In this document: in pieces, positions 9,580-17,741 of the stretch
Numbering within the stretch: position 1 is the stretch's first letter
How the letters are laid out: each line of letters starts with the position of its first letter
NCBI GenBank assembly: GCA_005191425.1
Contig: SUPR01000034.1
Span: 1,471-33,470 of the forward strand
Direction: 5' to 3'
From: Candidatus Helarchaeota ASGARD archaeon Hel_GB_B
Lineage (GTDB): Archaea > Asgardarchaeota > Lokiarchaeia > Helarchaeales > HEL-GB-B
DNA length: 32,000 nt
The notes under the pieces: generated by a model
Told to the model about the DNA's origin: nothing
Database searches by the model: none
What the model saw: only the letters and a program-made list of their open reading frames with translations
Program-made: the position numbers and the translations under genes

Positions 9580-10359
9580 GTGAAAAATATGATTTTTCAA
9601 TTTATTATAGGGACAGCGGGCTCGGGAAAATCGACATTATGCAGTGCATTAAGTAATTACATGAATTCACAAGAAGAAATTGATGCAATAACAGTTAACC
9701 TTGACCCAGGTACTAAAAATTTGCCATATAGGCCAGATATTGACATTAGAGAATTTATAAATACTGAAGAGATAATGCTCCAATATAACCTTGGTCTGAA
9801 CGGTGGAATAATTGCGAGTGTTGACATGATAATTAATTATATTAATGATTTAAAAGATGAAATTGAAATATTAAAACCAGACCACGTTATTATTGATACA
9901 CCAGGACAGATGGAATTATTTGCATATAGAAGTATAGGAAAATTTTTAATTTCCAATTTGATAGATAAAAATGGTGGAATTCTATACTTAGTTGACCCTA
10001 ACCTGGCAAAAACACCATCAGGTTATTTATCTACACTGCTATTAGGTCTTTCAGTTCAAATTAGATACCATGTCCCTCAAATTTATTTATTATCAAAAAT
10101 AGATATTTTGTCAGAAAAAGAATTTGAAAATATATTAAATTGGTCAAATAATGAAGACAAACTAAAAAATGCGATTGAATCAGAAAGTATAGGTGAAAAA
10201 AGGGAATTTAATATTGCAGTAAATAGTCTTCTCAATAAAATAAATTTATGTGGGTCTTTACTCCCAATTTCTTCGTTAAGACCTGAAACTATGTTAAATC
10301 TATATGCAGAAATTTCGAGAATTTTTTTAGGTGGTAAAGATTTTGATGAAGAGTTTTAA
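9580..10359 (+). CDS. GPN-loop GTPase family protein (motif reads GLN here)
   Basis: GTAGSGKS P-loop, NLDPG, LGLNGGI at the GPN position, DTPGQMELF and SKID. An alternative start is ATG 9589. Confidence 0.92.
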   Translation: MKNMIFQFIIGTAGSGKSTLCSALSNYMNSQEEIDAITVNLDPGTKNLPYRPDIDIREFINTEEIMLQYNLGLNGGIIASVDMIINYINDLKDEIEILKPDHVIIDTPGQMELFAYRSIGKFLISNLIDKNGGILYLVDPNLAKTPSGYLSTLLLGLSVQIRYHVPQIYLLSKIDILSEKEFENILNWSNNEDKLKNAIESESIGEKREFNIAVNSLLNKINLCGSLLPISSLRPETMLNLYAEISRIFLGGKDFDEEF

Positions 10360-10413
10360 AATAATAAAAAGTAATAGAAATAGAAAATAAAATTTAATTA
10401 AAATTTTAGTTTT

Positions 10414-13080
10414 TTATGATTTTGCTTGTCTCTTTAAGTCTTCAGCAGTAGCTTTAAAGCCTTCTGCGATATCTTTTTCGCCTAATTGCTGTGATATTTT
10501 TGATGCTTCCATATAGAATTGTGCAGCCCGTTCAAGATTACCATCAACTGTTGCTGCCTCTGCTTCAATAATGGCTTTTCTACGTTGTTCTTCAAGAGAT
10601 GCTCGAGAAGTTTCCAATTCAGACTTTTTCCTGAATTCATTTGCTTTATTTTTGTAAGCGATAGACATTTCAGAATCGCCCATATCCGCGGCAATCTTAC
10701 TTGCTATAGTGTAATATTGAGCTGCGTCTTCCCAACGTTCTTCAGTTATTGCGACTTCTGCAATTTCAATTGATTCCTTCAATTGTGATTCTAACTGCTC
10801 TATTTTTTCAGCTTGCCTAACACGTTCTAATTCAGTTTTTCTTCTACGCCTTAATTCAGCTTCTCTTCGCTTGGCTTCTTTTGATTTTTCGTTTAATTCT
10901 CTTGCCATTTCTTTATCACCAATTTCAAGAGACAATTTTGAGGCGAGTTTATAGTGTCTGCTTGCATCTAATAGATTTCCTTGGTTTTCTGCTTCAGCTG
11001 CCATGTCTAGAACCTTTTTACGTTCTTTTTCTAATGATTCTCTTTGGGCGGCTAATTCTTTTCTGGTGCGTTCTTCTACTTCTTTTTTACGTTCTATTTT
11101 CCATTTTTTCTTTAGCTCGTCCGTTTTACCCTGCAAAGTATATGCTCGACTGGCATATTCAGCTGCTCTATCTTCATCGGACAATTCTACTGAAATCAAT
11201 GCAGCTCTCTGCCACTTTTTAGAGGCATCAGAAAATCTTCCTTGTTTATACAGTTTTTCTGCTTCTTTTACAATATTCTGTCTTATAATGCGCTTTCTTT
11301 CTTTGGTCTTTTTCTTCTTTTTACCTTCGAAATGGATTCTTTTATAGGCATAAACTGGAGTGAAAAGAACTAATATAGTCGCAATTGTAAAATAGAGTAT
11401 AAAAATCAAAAAAGGTTCAGTTAAACCCCCAAAAATTGTTAAAATTTGACCAATTGTAAACGATCCAAAAATTTGAGTATCTTGGACTCCAAGCATATTA
11501 ATTAAATTAATAAAATAATCAATAACATCAGTTTTTAAATAATGACCGACTTTCCATGGGGCTAAAGTTATTAAGATTAAAGCAGTTATCCCTACTGCGC
11601 TCAATAACGGTATTAGAGCGCTGTATTCTAATTTCTTTTCAATATCCTTTTGTAATGGAGGTAATAAATATACTGTTTCAGCTTTTTTAATATTTTTAGA
11701 GGGGCCACGAGTTCTAATTTTTCCAAACCATTTAGCAAAAGTTGGATAGGTAAACTTCCCTGAGAAATATTTCATAAGATTTTCACTAGTCCCTTCGATT
11801 ATTACATCAGTTTTTACAGATTCACCCCTAGTAATAGTTGCTTCACCTTCTCTAAAATTTACAGTTAAAGCACCAATATCCCAAATTTTAATTACTACAG
11901 TAAATTCGCTACCCCAACTGAAAACTTCAGAAGCAATTTGTGGTTCCATTAATCTTAAAGTTATTACAGCTCTTACAGCTCTTGCAACTCTGTCCAATAG
12001 TTCATCTCTCTTTTGTTTTTCTTTGGTACGGCACTCATCAGCTTTTAATTGAAATTCCTTAGCTTTGTCTTTTTCTCCTGCATCTTTTGATAATTCTGCT
12101 GCTTTAATAAATATTCTAGCCGCTGCTAAATATTCTTCAGATTCAAGAAATTTATCGCCTTTATTAAGTAGATTTTCACGAATAACTCGAATAACTTTGC
12201 GTTTTTTCTCCATACGCCATTCGGCTCTTAATTGAGGTTCTTTTTCTCTAATATCTCTGGCTTGAGCTGTAAATCCAGTTGCGACCTCTTTTTCTCCTAA
12301 ATCTAGTGATAGTTTTGCTGCTGTTTCATAGGCTTCTGCCGCTGCTTTAAATTGACCTCTTTCGAGCATTTTCTCTGCTTTACCTAACATTTTAGCTCTT
12401 TGGTCTTCTAGTCTGATACGCTCTTTTTCAAGTTCTGCTCTTCTTCTTTCTTCCTCTTCTCTTTTTTCAATATCTTTGGCAATTTCACGCATCTCTTCTG
12501 CTCTGGCACTAAACATTGCAGTCCGCTCTGGTTGTGCCATATCTTCCGATATTTTTGCAGCCTCTTCATATAGATCACCTGCTTTTCTATATTGTTCTTT
12601 TGCAACAGCATCTTCCGCTTTTCTCAAGACTTCTCTCCGCTTAACTTCCAACTCTTTTACTTTTTGTTGTAATTCAAATTTTCTTCTTAATTCAGCTTTT
12701 TTACTTGTTAAATCATTTACTTTGTTCCGATATTCGCTAATCATGTCTTTGTCATTAATCTGTTTACTAAGTTCAATTACTTTATTATAATCTTTGATAG
12801 CATCATCAAACCGACCTTCGTTAACAGCTGCATCACCAGATTCTATTAACATTTCTCGTTCTTGTTCGATTTCGGCTTTACGTCTATCTAATTCCTTTTG
12901 CTTTTTGATTTCCATTTCTTTTTTAGAAAGTAATTTTACTTTTTCTTCAAAGATTTTTACTCTATCTTTTTCATTTAATTGTTCACTAAGATCTCTCGCA
13001 ATAGAATAAAATTTAAGAGCTTCAGAAATATTCCCTTTTGACTCAGATTCTTCTGCGGAAGCAATTACTTTTTTTCTCTG
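10414..13080 (-). repeat. Intragenic protein-level repeat: nine ~66-87-aa units
   Basis: Approximate consensus R-xx-[VL][LI]-xx-A-xxxxxx-G-x-[FY]-xx-A-xxx-Y-xx-A-xx-[IL]S-xx-[LM]G-[ED]-x-[ED]-xxxx-F-xxx-A, each unit followed by an E/K/R-rich coiled-coil spacer. It is visible only at the amino-acid level. Confidence 0.8.
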
Positions 13081-13164
13081 TTCTTCCAATTCTTTACGTT
13101 TTTGTTCTAATTCCCGTTTCTTTTCTTCTTCACTGAGTTCTTTTTTTTCTCCTTCGTCACTCAT
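10414..13164 (-). CDS. Membrane protein with 5 + 4 MIT/SNAP/TPR-like helical repeats flanking an SCP2-like lipid-binding domain and two TM helices
   Basis: Repeat cores begin near aa 30, 103, 177, 256, 329, 628, 715, 795 and 861. The SCP2-like segment spans aa ~395-503 (VVIKIWDIGALTVNFREGEATITRGESVKTDVIIEGTSENLMKYFSG...GKIRTRG). Hydrophobic helices lie at aa ~514-537 and ~585-607. Confidence 0.8.
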   Translation of the reverse strand: MSDEGEKKELSEEEKKRELEQKRKELEEQRKKVIASAEESESKGNISEALKFYSIARDLSEQLNEKDRVKIFEEKVKLLSKKEMEIKKQKELDRRKAEIEQEREMLIESGDAAVNEGRFDDAIKDYNKVIELSKQINDKDMISEYRNKVNDLTSKKAELRRKFELQQKVKELEVKRREVLRKAEDAVAKEQYRKAGDLYEEAAKISEDMAQPERTAMFSARAEEMREIAKDIEKREEEERRRAELEKERIRLEDQRAKMLGKAEKMLERGQFKAAAEAYETAAKLSLDLGEKEVATGFTAQARDIREKEPQLRAEWRMEKKRKVIRVIRENLLNKGDKFLESEEYLAAARIFIKAAELSKDAGEKDKAKEFQLKADECRTKEKQKRDELLDRVARAVRAVITLRLMEPQIASEVFSWGSEFTVVIKIWDIGALTVNFREGEATITRGESVKTDVIIEGTSENLMKYFSGKFTYPTFAKWFGKIRTRGPSKNIKKAETVYLLPPLQKDIEKKLEYSALIPLLSAVGITALILITLAPWKVGHYLKTDVIDYFINLINMLGVQDTQIFGSFTIGQILTIFGGLTEPFLIFILYFTIATILVLFTPVYAYKRIHFEGKKKKKTKERKRIIRQNIVKEAEKLYKQGRFSDASKKWQRAALISVELSDEDRAAEYASRAYTLQGKTDELKKKWKIERKKEVEERTRKELAAQRESLEKERKKVLDMAAEAENQGNLLDASRHYKLASKLSLEIGDKEMARELNEKSKEAKRREAELRRRRKTELERVRQAEKIEQLESQLKESIEIAEVAITEERWEDAAQYYTIASKIAADMGDSEMSIAYKNKANEFRKKSELETSRASLEEQRRKAIIEAEAATVDGNLERAAQFYMEASKISQQLGEKDIAEGFKATAEDLKRQAKS

Positions 13165-13635
13165 TATAAATACCTTCGAATTAAAAATGATTAAAATTCA
13201 AATACGAATATACCTTTTTTAAAGTTTTAATTTTCAAATATTTAATAATTTCCTTTCTTAATTTGAATTTTTTTTTATATTTCCCTCAATACAAATTTTA
13301 AAGGTTTTTTAATTATAATAAAAAGATAGTTATGGAAAATGTTCTTTTTTTAAAAATTTTAATTTATTTTTATAGGTCAATTATTTTTAAATAATAAAAT
13401 TTTAATTTGATTAATTAACTGAGAGTTTTAAATAAAAATAATCTTTAATTTTAGAAATTGAGTTTTAATTCGCTATTAATTTATTTATAAATAAAAATTT
13501 ATTTAAAAGTGAAAAACTTAATAAAAAATCATTAAAAATATTTTTTCAGTTTAATTAATTAGAAGGTTTCGAGAAAAAAATAAAGAGAAAATTGATTAAT
13601 TAATAAAATAACCGATTTAGGTAGGTAAGATAATT

Positions 13636-14409
13636 ATGGATATGTTTTTAAAAGGAAAAGTTGCTTTTGTAACAGGTGGTGCTTCAGGAATTGGAAGACA
13701 AGCATGTTTAACATTTGCAAGTGAAGGAGCAAATGTGGTCGTTGCAGATAAACAATATGAAAAAGCTGAAGAAGTAGCCGAAGAATGCAAAAAATTAGGT
13801 GTAGATGCAATTGCACCACATTGTGATGTTACTATCCTTGAAGAGTCATCTGCAGCTGTAAAGTCTGCGATTGATCATTTTGGAAAAATTGATATTTTAG
13901 TCTGTTGTGCAGGAATATTAAGAGATTCAATGGCACATAAAATGACAGAACAACAATGGGATGAAGTATTGAATGTCCATTTAAAAGGACATTGGTGGTT
14001 ATGCCATGAAGTTATTCCCCATATGAAACAAGAAAAATATGGTAGAATAGTCTTTATTTCATCAACAGCTTTTAAGGGAAATAGAGGACAAGCTAATTAT
14101 TCTTCAGCAAAAGCAGCAATGGTCGGATTGGCGAAAACATTGGCTGAAGAATTGGGCTATTTAGGAATTACAGCTAATGTTGTTGCTCCAGGGCTAGTAC
14201 ATACACCTTTAACAGATGCTTTTATAAAAAGTGATAAGAGTAAACCAATGATAAATTCAATTTTATTAAAAAGAAGAGAAGATATAGGTCCACTTTTTGG
14301 TACTACACAAGATATTGCAAATGCAATTGTCTTCCTTTCATCAGATAGAGCATCATATATTACAGGACAAGTATTGGTAGTTGCCGGTGGCGCATATAAA
14401 ATAGCATAA
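13636..14409 (+). CDS. fabG: Short-chain dehydrogenase/reductase, 3-oxoacyl-ACP/CoA reductase-like
   Basis: TGGASGIG, CCAGILRD, and YSSAK catalytic YxxxK following GNRGQANY; NVVAPG. The symbol is a family-level label. Confidence 0.88.
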   Translation: MDMFLKGKVAFVTGGASGIGRQACLTFASEGANVVVADKQYEKAEEVAEECKKLGVDAIAPHCDVTILEESSAAVKSAIDHFGKIDILVCCAGILRDSMAHKMTEQQWDEVLNVHLKGHWWLCHEVIPHMKQEKYGRIVFISSTAFKGNRGQANYSSAKAAMVGLAKTLAEELGYLGITANVVAPGLVHTPLTDAFIKSDKSKPMINSILLKRREDIGPLFGTTQDIANAIVFLSSDRASYITGQVLVVAGGAYKIA

Positions 14410-14615
14410 TTAATAAAAACAATATCTGTTTCACTTTTTTTTTATTTAATAGTTTCTTTTTCATTTATATTATATTTTGGAAAAATTTTGTCTCTAATTA
14501 TGACAATATAGTTATTTTGACTTTATTAGATTATTTGAAGACTTGTTAGATATAAAAATTAAAAAAAAATAATAACTTTTTAAATTATAGATTATTATTT
14601 AATATTGAACAAAAT

Positions 14616-15188
14616 ATGGAAAAAATAAGCGAACCTTATACTAGATTAGTCAATTTTGATAACCATGAACTTTTTAGTAAAATCATTTTGGAACAAATTG
14701 TAAAAATAAAAAAATATTTACTGATAGGAACTTACAATTTACAAGATATTCGCTTAAATTTGAATAATAAATTTATTTCTCTTTCAGATGTTTTAATTAA
14801 CTTGGCAAATAAAGGTGTAATAATCTATTTTTTAATACAACCTCGAGCCTATAAAACAAAATTAATTACAAAATTACGAAATAATATAAAGAATGGTAAT
14901 TTAAGAGTTAAATCTTGCTCTCGTATACATCTTAAAACAATAATTATAGACTTAAAATTAGTATATCTTGGGTCAGCAAATTTGACTGGTTTTGGTCTGG
15001 GTACTCGTTCAGCTATGAAAAGAAATTTTGAAATTGGACTTGTAACTACTGAAGAGAGTTTGATAGCCCAAATTACTCGCAATTTTTTAAATATTTTTGA
15101 TGGAAAATATTGTAATAAAAAAACATGTTACTATTATAATAATTTTAAATCAAAAAGACCTTGTTATGGAATAAATCATCAAAATTGA
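14616..15188 (+). CDS. Phospholipase D superfamily protein with a single HKD motif (Nuc-like endonuclease or PLD)
   Basis: HLKTIIID (HxKxxxxD), followed by GSANLT and RNFEIG; C-terminal C-x4-C-x11-C tail. Confidence 0.85.
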   Translation: MEKISEPYTRLVNFDNHELFSKIILEQIVKIKKYLLIGTYNLQDIRLNLNNKFISLSDVLINLANKGVIIYFLIQPRAYKTKLITKLRNNIKNGNLRVKSCSRIHLKTIIIDLKLVYLGSANLTGFGLGTRSAMKRNFEIGLVTTEESLIAQITRNFLNIFDGKYCNKKTCYYYNNFKSKRPCYGINHQN

Positions 15189-15271
15189 TTTTGAAAATGA
15201 ATTTTAATTACGCTAAAGAAATAGATTAAAAATTTTAAAAATGGTTTAAAAAAATAAAGGATTTTAAAAAT

Positions 15272-16390
15272 CTATAATTTAAATGGCTTTATAATATTTT
15301 CTGCAATATATTTTATTGCGCTCTTTTTGTCCGGGCCAATGGGTGAACCTACAACTACCTGATTAACGCCAATTTTTTCTAGGCCTTTAATTCTTTCAAT
15401 ACAATAATCTGCATTTCCAGCTATAGTGAATGCTTCAAACATTTCGGGAGTCACTGACTGAGCTACAGCACCAAAATCGCCTTTACCCAGTGCTTCATTA
15501 ATTTTGTCAACATCTTCTTTTTTAATACCATGACGGTCTAGAACAATGGGAGGACTTCCAACGGTTATAAAAGCCACTACAATAGCTGCTGCATTTTTTG
15601 CAGCATTAGAGTCTTGGTCTGCAGAGAAGCTTGCATAAGCAGTAATATCAATGTCATTTAAAGATCGTCCAGCGCTTTCAGCACCTTCTTTAATATTTTT
15701 AATTGCAGATTCGAAGTCTTTAGGGTGTGATGCATTAATAAGGACGCCATCAGCTAATTGTCCAGCTAAAGCAAGCATCTTTGGTCCTTGTGCGCCCATA
15801 TATATTGGAATTTTATTTATGATTGTGTCAGTGGTTATTGGTTTCCCGCAAACATCGCAGACCATTGGTTCACCTTTTCCTTTTGCTGCTTTTTTTGCTG
15901 CTTTTACTGCTTTATTTTTTAACATTGCACCACAGTTGTGTTTTGGAGTTTGGAAGCCAAGTTTTGCACCTTTAAAAGTAAAAACTGAACCTTCAAAATC
16001 TAATTTTTTCCCTTGATGGAGAGTTTTTATGGCTTGAACTGCTTCTTTAATCCGAGTTAATGGTTTTTCAAAAGAAAGACCAAGTTTCGCAAAAGTTGCT
16101 TTATCTCCTGCTCCAATACCTAAGATTGCGCGTCCCTTTGAAATTTCATTTATTGTCTGTATTGCTGCTGCAGTCCATGCAGGAGATATTAGAACAGCAT
16201 TAGTGACTCCAGTCCCCATTTTTATTATTTTAGTATTTAATGCAATAGCCGTTAACGTAGCGTATACATTCCTATTATTATAATGATCCGTAATCCAGAC
16301 ATTTTCAAACCCATTTTCTTCAGCTAATTGTGTAAGTGCCACAATTTTTGAAATGTTAGAATCAGGAACAAATTCAATTCCAAATTTCAT
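15272..16390 (-). CDS. mer: F420-dependent 5,10-methylenetetrahydromethanopterin reductase with an internal insertion
   Basis: MKFGIEFVP, WITDHYNNRN, GVTNAVLISPA, GIGAGDKATF, IPIYMGAQGPKML, LINASHPKD and VVVGSPIGPD match Mer. I prefer ATG 16390 over the GTG at 16402, which looks like part of the RBS. Confidence 0.9.
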   Translation of the reverse strand: MKFGIEFVPDSNISKIVALTQLAEENGFENVWITDHYNNRNVYATLTAIALNTKIIKMGTGVTNAVLISPAWTAAAIQTINEISKGRAILGIGAGDKATFAKLGLSFEKPLTRIKEAVQAIKTLHQGKKLDFEGSVFTFKGAKLGFQTPKHNCGAMLKNKAVKAAKKAAKGKGEPMVCDVCGKPITTDTIINKIPIYMGAQGPKMLALAGQLADGVLINASHPKDFESAIKNIKEGAESAGRSLNDIDITAYASFSADQDSNAAKNAAAIVVAFITVGSPPIVLDRHGIKKEDVDKINEALGKGDFGAVAQSVTPEMFEAFTIAGNADYCIERIKGLEKIGVNQVVVGSPIGPDKKSAIKYIAENIIKPFKL

Positions 16391-16849
16391 TTTTTTTTTC
16401 ACTTTTTTAATTTAATTGAAGATTTCTAATAAATAACATAAGATTTTATTATTATAAATTTTCCCCTTTTATGATAAATTTACTTAAAATCAAGGTTATT
16501 TTAGTTAATTTCTGAAGAATTTCCAATAAATGTTAGTTCCATAACTTATAATAATAATTATTTACCTAAAAATTAGTAAATTTATAATTTAAATTAATAA
16601 TAAATTAAAGATAGTCAATAAAAATTAAAATATTTATTTTATGCGTCAATATAAACGGAAATAAATAATCTTGACTTGTAAAATGGAATGATATCACCCA
16701 TTAATTAAAATATATCCATGTTATATAACAGTACGAAATATAAAATTGTTTTGAAAAAATTTTACTAAATTTAATTAGAAACAATACTTTTTTATTAAAA
16801 TCATTAATTTATATACATAATTTAAACTAATTTAGTAAATTGATTATCT

Positions 16850-17293
16850 ACGGAAAATTTAGACAATTTAAAAAAAAGATTATAGAATTGTTAAAGAAAG
16901 ATGCACGGGCGTCTTTTTCGAAAATTTACTAATGACCTAAATGTTTCGGAGTCGAACATTAGAAAACGAGTGAATAAATTAGTTAAAAATGGAATTATCA
17001 AGAATTTTACAATTGTATTAAATCCAGAAGCTATGGAAAGGTCTATAATGTCATTTTTAACAATTATTCCAAAACAATCAAATAAATTAGTTAAAGAAAT
17101 TGCAAACAGAATTATAGATTTTCCGGAAGTTTCTGAAGCATATTATATGAGTGGTAAATACGGGCTTTTAGTCAAGGTTTCAGTACAAAACTTGTCAAAA
17201 CTCGATGAATTTATTGAGCGAATTCGGAATATACAAGGTATAAACGAGATTGAATCATGTATTGTATTAAAAGAACTTAAAGATGAATATTAA
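16850..17293 (+). pseudogene. Lrp/AsnC family transcriptional regulator with a disrupted 5' end
   Basis: The HTH start is split over frames: ACG-GAA-AAT-TTA-GAC-AAT-TTA (16850-16870, xENLDNL); then KIIELLKKDARASFSKI in another frame (16876-16926, stop TAA 16930-16932); then TNDLNVSESNIRKRV in the track ORF frame. The C-terminal RAM domain is intact. This could be a real pseudogene or an assembly error. Confidence 0.65.
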
Positions 17294-17356
17294 TTTTGAA
17301 ACAGCTATTTCTACAAGAAGAAAAAAAATAGATACGAAGAATTTAATTACTGAGTT

Positions 17357-17518
17357 TTATTCGTTAGCTTTTATTCTGTTCCATAGTTCAGATTTTAGTA
17401 AGTCTCTAACGGCTACTCTAATTAGTTCTGATCGGTTTGGATAGACTCTTTTTTTTACCAATTCTTCAATTCCTTCTAAATATGAAACAGGTAAATGTAA
17501 TGTAATTAATTGCATCAT
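17357..17518 (-). CDS. Ribbon-helix-helix (CopG/Arc/MetJ; COG3609/CdrS-like) transcriptional regulator, 53 aa
   Basis: Not in the ORF track. Translated manually as MMQLITLHLPVSYLEGIEELVKKRVYPNRSELIRVAVRDLLKSELWNRIKANE, with the ITLHLP strand and YPNRSELIR signature; GTGA RBS-like sequence upstream. Confidence 0.88.
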   Translation of the reverse strand: MMQLITLHLPVSYLEGIEELVKKRVYPNRSELIRVAVRDLLKSELWNRIKANE

Positions 17519-17612
17519 TTTCAAGATCACTTATTAATTGTTTTTTATTCGGTTTAATTATTATTTTTGATTATGTTATAATTGAGTTCGCTAAGTGTTA
17601 TTAGTGTATATA

Positions 17613-17664
17613 TTACGGGGATAATACATCTCTACGTATTCTTCTAGTAGTATTCTCTCCGTAA
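17613..17664. promoter_or_regulatory. 15-bp inverted repeat upstream of the RHH gene (operator or RNA hairpin)
   Basis: TTACGGGGATAATAC (17613-17627) and GTATTCTCTCCGTAA (17650-17664) are reverse complements at 13 of 15 positions, with a 22-nt spacer holding a third GTATTCT (17636-17642). A TTTATAAA box lies at 17673-17680. Confidence 0.5.
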
Positions 17665-17741
17665 GAATGGGGTTTATAAAGATATTTTAAAACTTTTTAA
17701 TATTCAAAAATATTAAAGTGAATAATGAATTTACAGCGAAA

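Noticed and set aside
10482-13009. Seven short ORFs inside the 916-aa gene (10482, 10519, 10881, 11003, 12408, 12476, 12794)
   Set aside because: Antisense or off-frame shadows. Their S/F/L-rich composition is what the reverse strand of an E/K/A-rich gene produces.
15815-15943. Mer insertion interpreted as an intein or intron
   Set aside because: Only 43 aa, in frame, with no Cys/Ser-start...His-Asn-end splicing signature at its boundaries, and no bulge-helix-bulge structure was noticed.
13634-16016. ORFs 13634-13819, 14849-15082 and 15651-16016
   Set aside because: Antisense overlaps of the fabG-like, PLD and mer genes, with no independent coding signal.
17586-17680. tRNA or CRISPR repeat in the GC-richer intergenic patch
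   Set aside because: No cloverleaf or T-loop consensus and no regularly spaced repeat-spacer series. It is kept only as an inverted repeat.
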